Shown here: one piece after another, positions 61,531 through 64,000 of the stretch
Numbering within the stretch: position 1 is the first letter of the stretch
How the letters are laid out: every line of letters begins with the position of its first letter
Program-made: the position numbers and the translations under genes
Source: an uncultured cyanobacterium
Lineage (GTDB): Bacteria > Cyanobacteriota > Cyanobacteriia > PCC-9006 > JAAUQQ01
DNA length: 64,000 nucleotides
Direction of reading: 5' to 3'
NCBI GenBank assembly: GCA_963718615.1
Contig: OY970368.1
Location: forward strand, 3,712,001 to 3,776,000
The notes under the pieces: model-generated
The model's database searches: none
Seen by the model: the letters and a program-made list of their open reading frames with translations, nothing else
Told to the model about the DNA's origin: nothing

Positions 61531-62371
61531 TGGGCACTAAATCATATCCTTCAGGCACCCATTGCCAAAGCGATCGCAGCTCATCGGAGGAGGGGCGATC
61601 GCCCAATCCCAACTGGGCCAAAATCACCTGAATAATCACCTGATTAAAATGACTCGGAAACCGGAATTGCTCTTGGGCATGATCTAAAAAGAACGTTTTA
61701 CAATAATGCTGTAGGCTCTTTGTAAGATGAGAAATTTCCCAAAGTAAGGGCTTCACCTCAGTCAAACGGTGAGCATGCTCCCGGAGTAAGACCTGAGCCG
61801 CATTCTGAAAATGCACCCCTTCATCCTGCACCAGATATTGCCCTACGCGCTGCACCGCAGCTCCAAAATGGCAGTAATATTCTCGCAAATCTCGCCGATA
61901 GGAATACACTGAGCTGATTTCATCAAACATCAACGTGACCAAGATCGTGAATTCATCTTCGAGGACCCGTTCAATGGGCTGGGTTTCATGGACCCGAGCA
62001 TCGAAACAGCGGTTCATTTCCGCAAACTCTACCCCTGCAATACAACGGTAAGTCCGGCGCAATGCCTCGTAGTGCTTTGATTCATCCTCAAGCCAGAGTT
62101 CTAACATCTCCAAAAACGATGCTGACATTTCTGTTTTTCTAGCCCAAATGTAATCATAGAGAGCCTTAGCATCCCCTTCCGAATAAACATCTCTTGCTAA
62201 TAGCAACCGAAAATTTTCTAGCAATTGAGGCGAGGCTTGGTCAAAATACTTCGATGCAACCTCATGATCTAAACGGATTACATGATCCAGACTCCATTGA
62301 TTTTGCTTGGGTTGAGTACCGTTTAATCGTGAGGAGGTTAACTGCATAAACTCACCTAAATCTAGCTCCAT
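61445..62371 (-). CDS. Ferritin-like diiron-carboxylate protein
   Basis: E...W..DESKH...DE...DEGVH ligand pattern. Confidence 0.75.
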   Translation of the reverse strand: MELDLGEFMQLTSSRLNGTQPKQNQWSLDHVIRLDHEVASKYFDQASPQLLENFRLLLARDVYSEGDAKALYDYIWARKTEMSASFLEMLELWLEDESKHYEALRRTYRCIAGVEFAEMNRCFDARVHETQPIERVLEDEFTILVTLMFDEISSVYSYRRDLREYYCHFGAAVQRVGQYLVQDEGVHFQNAAQVLLREHAHRLTEVKPLLWEISHLTKSLQHYCKTFFLDHAQEQFRFPSHFNQVIIQVILAQLGLGDRPSSDELRSLWQWVPEGYDLVPIIDDREEPLGDRHVSERLSPRDRVPASL

Positions 62372-62388
62372 CCTAATCAGAATTTGAC

Positions 62389-63738
62389 CTAATCAGAATC
62401 TGGAATATACAATCCGTCATTGGAGACGATGTGCGGAATAATTAAACAGTGTCGTCCCGTAATCCGAGAAGTATCACCTCTCAAAACAATGCCTGCTGGT
62501 TCATCATTAATCACCCAACTGCCCACCATGTAGTGATAGCCCCATGCCTGAGGCAATTCGATATATTCCTGATAAATATAGCCCTCCCCACCATAGCCCA
62601 TGGCATCGCGTTTCTCTAGGGCTCCAACCCCTGCTTCAATGGAAATTCCTACCCCTTCTAGTCCTAGTAAGGGCTTTTTCACATGCACATCGAGCATGAG
62701 TTTCGTCGCTTCCGGGGAAATATCACGGTCTAAGTAGGTTTCTAGAAGATAGGGGCGATAGTCCGAGTCTTTGAAGCAATCCCACATCAACGCCATCGCA
62801 CCTTTATTCGATAATATCTGTTTCCAAAGGGGCTCTAAAACCTTCATATCCCCCACTTCCAAGCGCTTTGCTAGAGCTTCCGTACAACCGGCATTGGCGA
62901 TATCATTTTGGATATCTGACCAGTCATACATCTTCCAGAGGACGGGGATGCGATCGTTCACATGATCCACAAAATAGCCCTCTTCATCCAATCCCAAACC
63001 CCGCTGAACGAGATCACCCTTATCATCTTCTAAGTCCTGCAAATAAACCACTTGTGTATAGATTTCTGAATCCACATCATCTTGCAGAATCTGAATCAAC
63101 TGCATCGCCATTTCTAGATCTTCTTCCAGATTTTCATCCACTAGAAATGAGATGCCGGTTTTCTTCAAATCATAGGATTCCGCAATCCAGCGCCATTGCC
63201 CTGCGGTCAGATCCCAAAATTCGTTAAACTGGCTAGCATCGCTAGGTAAGGGGTGCAAACCCTTTTGATAATTACGACGATAATCGACAAACCAATTCCA
63301 CTGATAGATGGTTTCAGCTCCCAGTAACGGCGTCTCACCATTGATTTCAATCAGCTTGATCGTTCCAGCTTCCGTTACAACCAGATCGAACCGGGTCATC
63401 AAAGTCAAATCTTCGACGGGTTCAACGCGATCCCAACTGTTTTTGATTGCGCTCCAATATTCAGGCCGAATCTTGAGCTGAGCCAAACGCTGATCAACAG
63501 AACCGGCCTCTTCTTCCGTAAAAAACCAATCCAAAAATGCAATGCACATTTCCCAAAGCTTTTCAGTGGCTTGGGCGATCGCCGTTTCCTCCCGAGTATC
63601 AAACTGAATCACAAAGGGCTGGGGTAAAGCCTCAACCCAATACTTTTGCTGAGCATCACTCAAGACATCGGCCTGATAAGCATTGTCCCGAATATGCTGT
63701 TTCCAGTTTTGCCGCCGCTGAATTTTTAGGGCTCTCAT
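62389..63738 (-). CDS. Glutathionylspermidine synthase-family ATP-grasp ligase (YgiC/YjfC-like)
   Basis: RFD, EINGETP, EPLWKQILSNKG, KP..G.EG and GSW motifs; no amidase domain. Confidence 0.88.
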   Translation of the reverse strand: MRALKIQRRQNWKQHIRDNAYQADVLSDAQQKYWVEALPQPFVIQFDTREETAIAQATEKLWEMCIAFLDWFFTEEEAGSVDQRLAQLKIRPEYWSAIKNSWDRVEPVEDLTLMTRFDLVVTEAGTIKLIEINGETPLLGAETIYQWNWFVDYRRNYQKGLHPLPSDASQFNEFWDLTAGQWRWIAESYDLKKTGISFLVDENLEEDLEMAMQLIQILQDDVDSEIYTQVVYLQDLEDDKGDLVQRGLGLDEEGYFVDHVNDRIPVLWKMYDWSDIQNDIANAGCTEALAKRLEVGDMKVLEPLWKQILSNKGAMALMWDCFKDSDYRPYLLETYLDRDISPEATKLMLDVHVKKPLLGLEGVGISIEAGVGALEKRDAMGYGGEGYIYQEYIELPQAWGYHYMVGSWVINDEPAGIVLRGDTSRITGRHCLIIPHIVSNDGLYIPDSD

Positions 63739-63743
63739 GCTGC

Positions 63744-64000
63744 TTATTTGCCCCCGCTGCCAGTGCTTTTATAGGTGGAGCCAAATCCCTGGCTACTGCG
63801 TCCTGAGATGGTTCCCCGAGCCGCAGTGCCCGTCGGACGTGGGGGGGCAAGCACGGTGGTGTGACGCGGTGCCGTCACTCGGCCTGGGGTGGTTTTTGAG
63901 ACCGTCTGGCCATGGGGCGTAACGACTTCGCCTGGGGTTGAACTGGCATAAACCGGGCGCGTCTCATAGACTCGGTGTTGGCTGCCCCCATAGTTGACGT
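63744..64000 (-). CDS. 3' part of a DUF1190/YgiB-like protein (runs off the window)
   Basis: Open frame ending ...AARGTISGRSSQGFGSTYKSTGSGGK*, with the stop 5 bp before the ATP-grasp start; absent from the ORF track. Confidence 0.65.
   Translation of the reverse strand, partial: VNYGGSQHRVYETRPVYASSTPGEVVTPHGQTVSKTTPGRVTAPRHTTVLAPPRPTGTAARGTISGRSSQGFGSTYKSTGSGGK

Larger units (their letters stand above)
1..64000. repeat. Dispersed HIP1 octamer GCGATCGC
   Basis: Very frequent throughout the window (not counted). Confidence 0.95.

Noticed and set aside
61445-63738. Diiron and ATP-grasp genes as tailoring enzymes of the RiPP
   Set aside because: They are on the opposite strand in their own operon with a YgiB-like gene; adjacency alone is not evidence of a link
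1-64000. CRISPR array
   Set aside because: No regularly spaced 25-40 bp repeats with unique spacers were seen; all repeats are short tandem or coding

Overview
Cyanobacterial chromosomal window, judged from frequent HIP1 GCGATCGC octamers, three Uma2 nucleases and a CAB-domain ferrochelatase. The backbone is housekeeping: rpsD, argC, cysS, hemL, hisIE, xth, tRNA-Ser(TGA), pgi, leuS, gluQ, rsmE, ABC-F, hemH and ruvA. Accessory blocks are an EPS cluster with a GH9 hydrolase, an nrs/cop-type metal-efflux locus, a sugar ABC transporter, an FHA-type exoprotein and decaying toxin-antitoxin arrays. The main points of interest are: (1) a spliceotide-type RiPP locus at 59.5-61.5 kb, with a Nif11 precursor carrying three QPMYGV sites, a PlpX-like radical SAM enzyme and a small PlpY-like partner; (2) an orphan SyrB2-like HxA Fe/2OG halogenase in an AT-rich segment with no carrier protein in view; (3) a YgiB-like/GSP-synthase-like ATP-grasp/diiron ferritin-like operon at the right edge; (4) a candidate sRNA; (5) several tiny mobile repeats, some inserted in-frame in genes. 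All family assignments come from motif recognition by eye; no searches were run.
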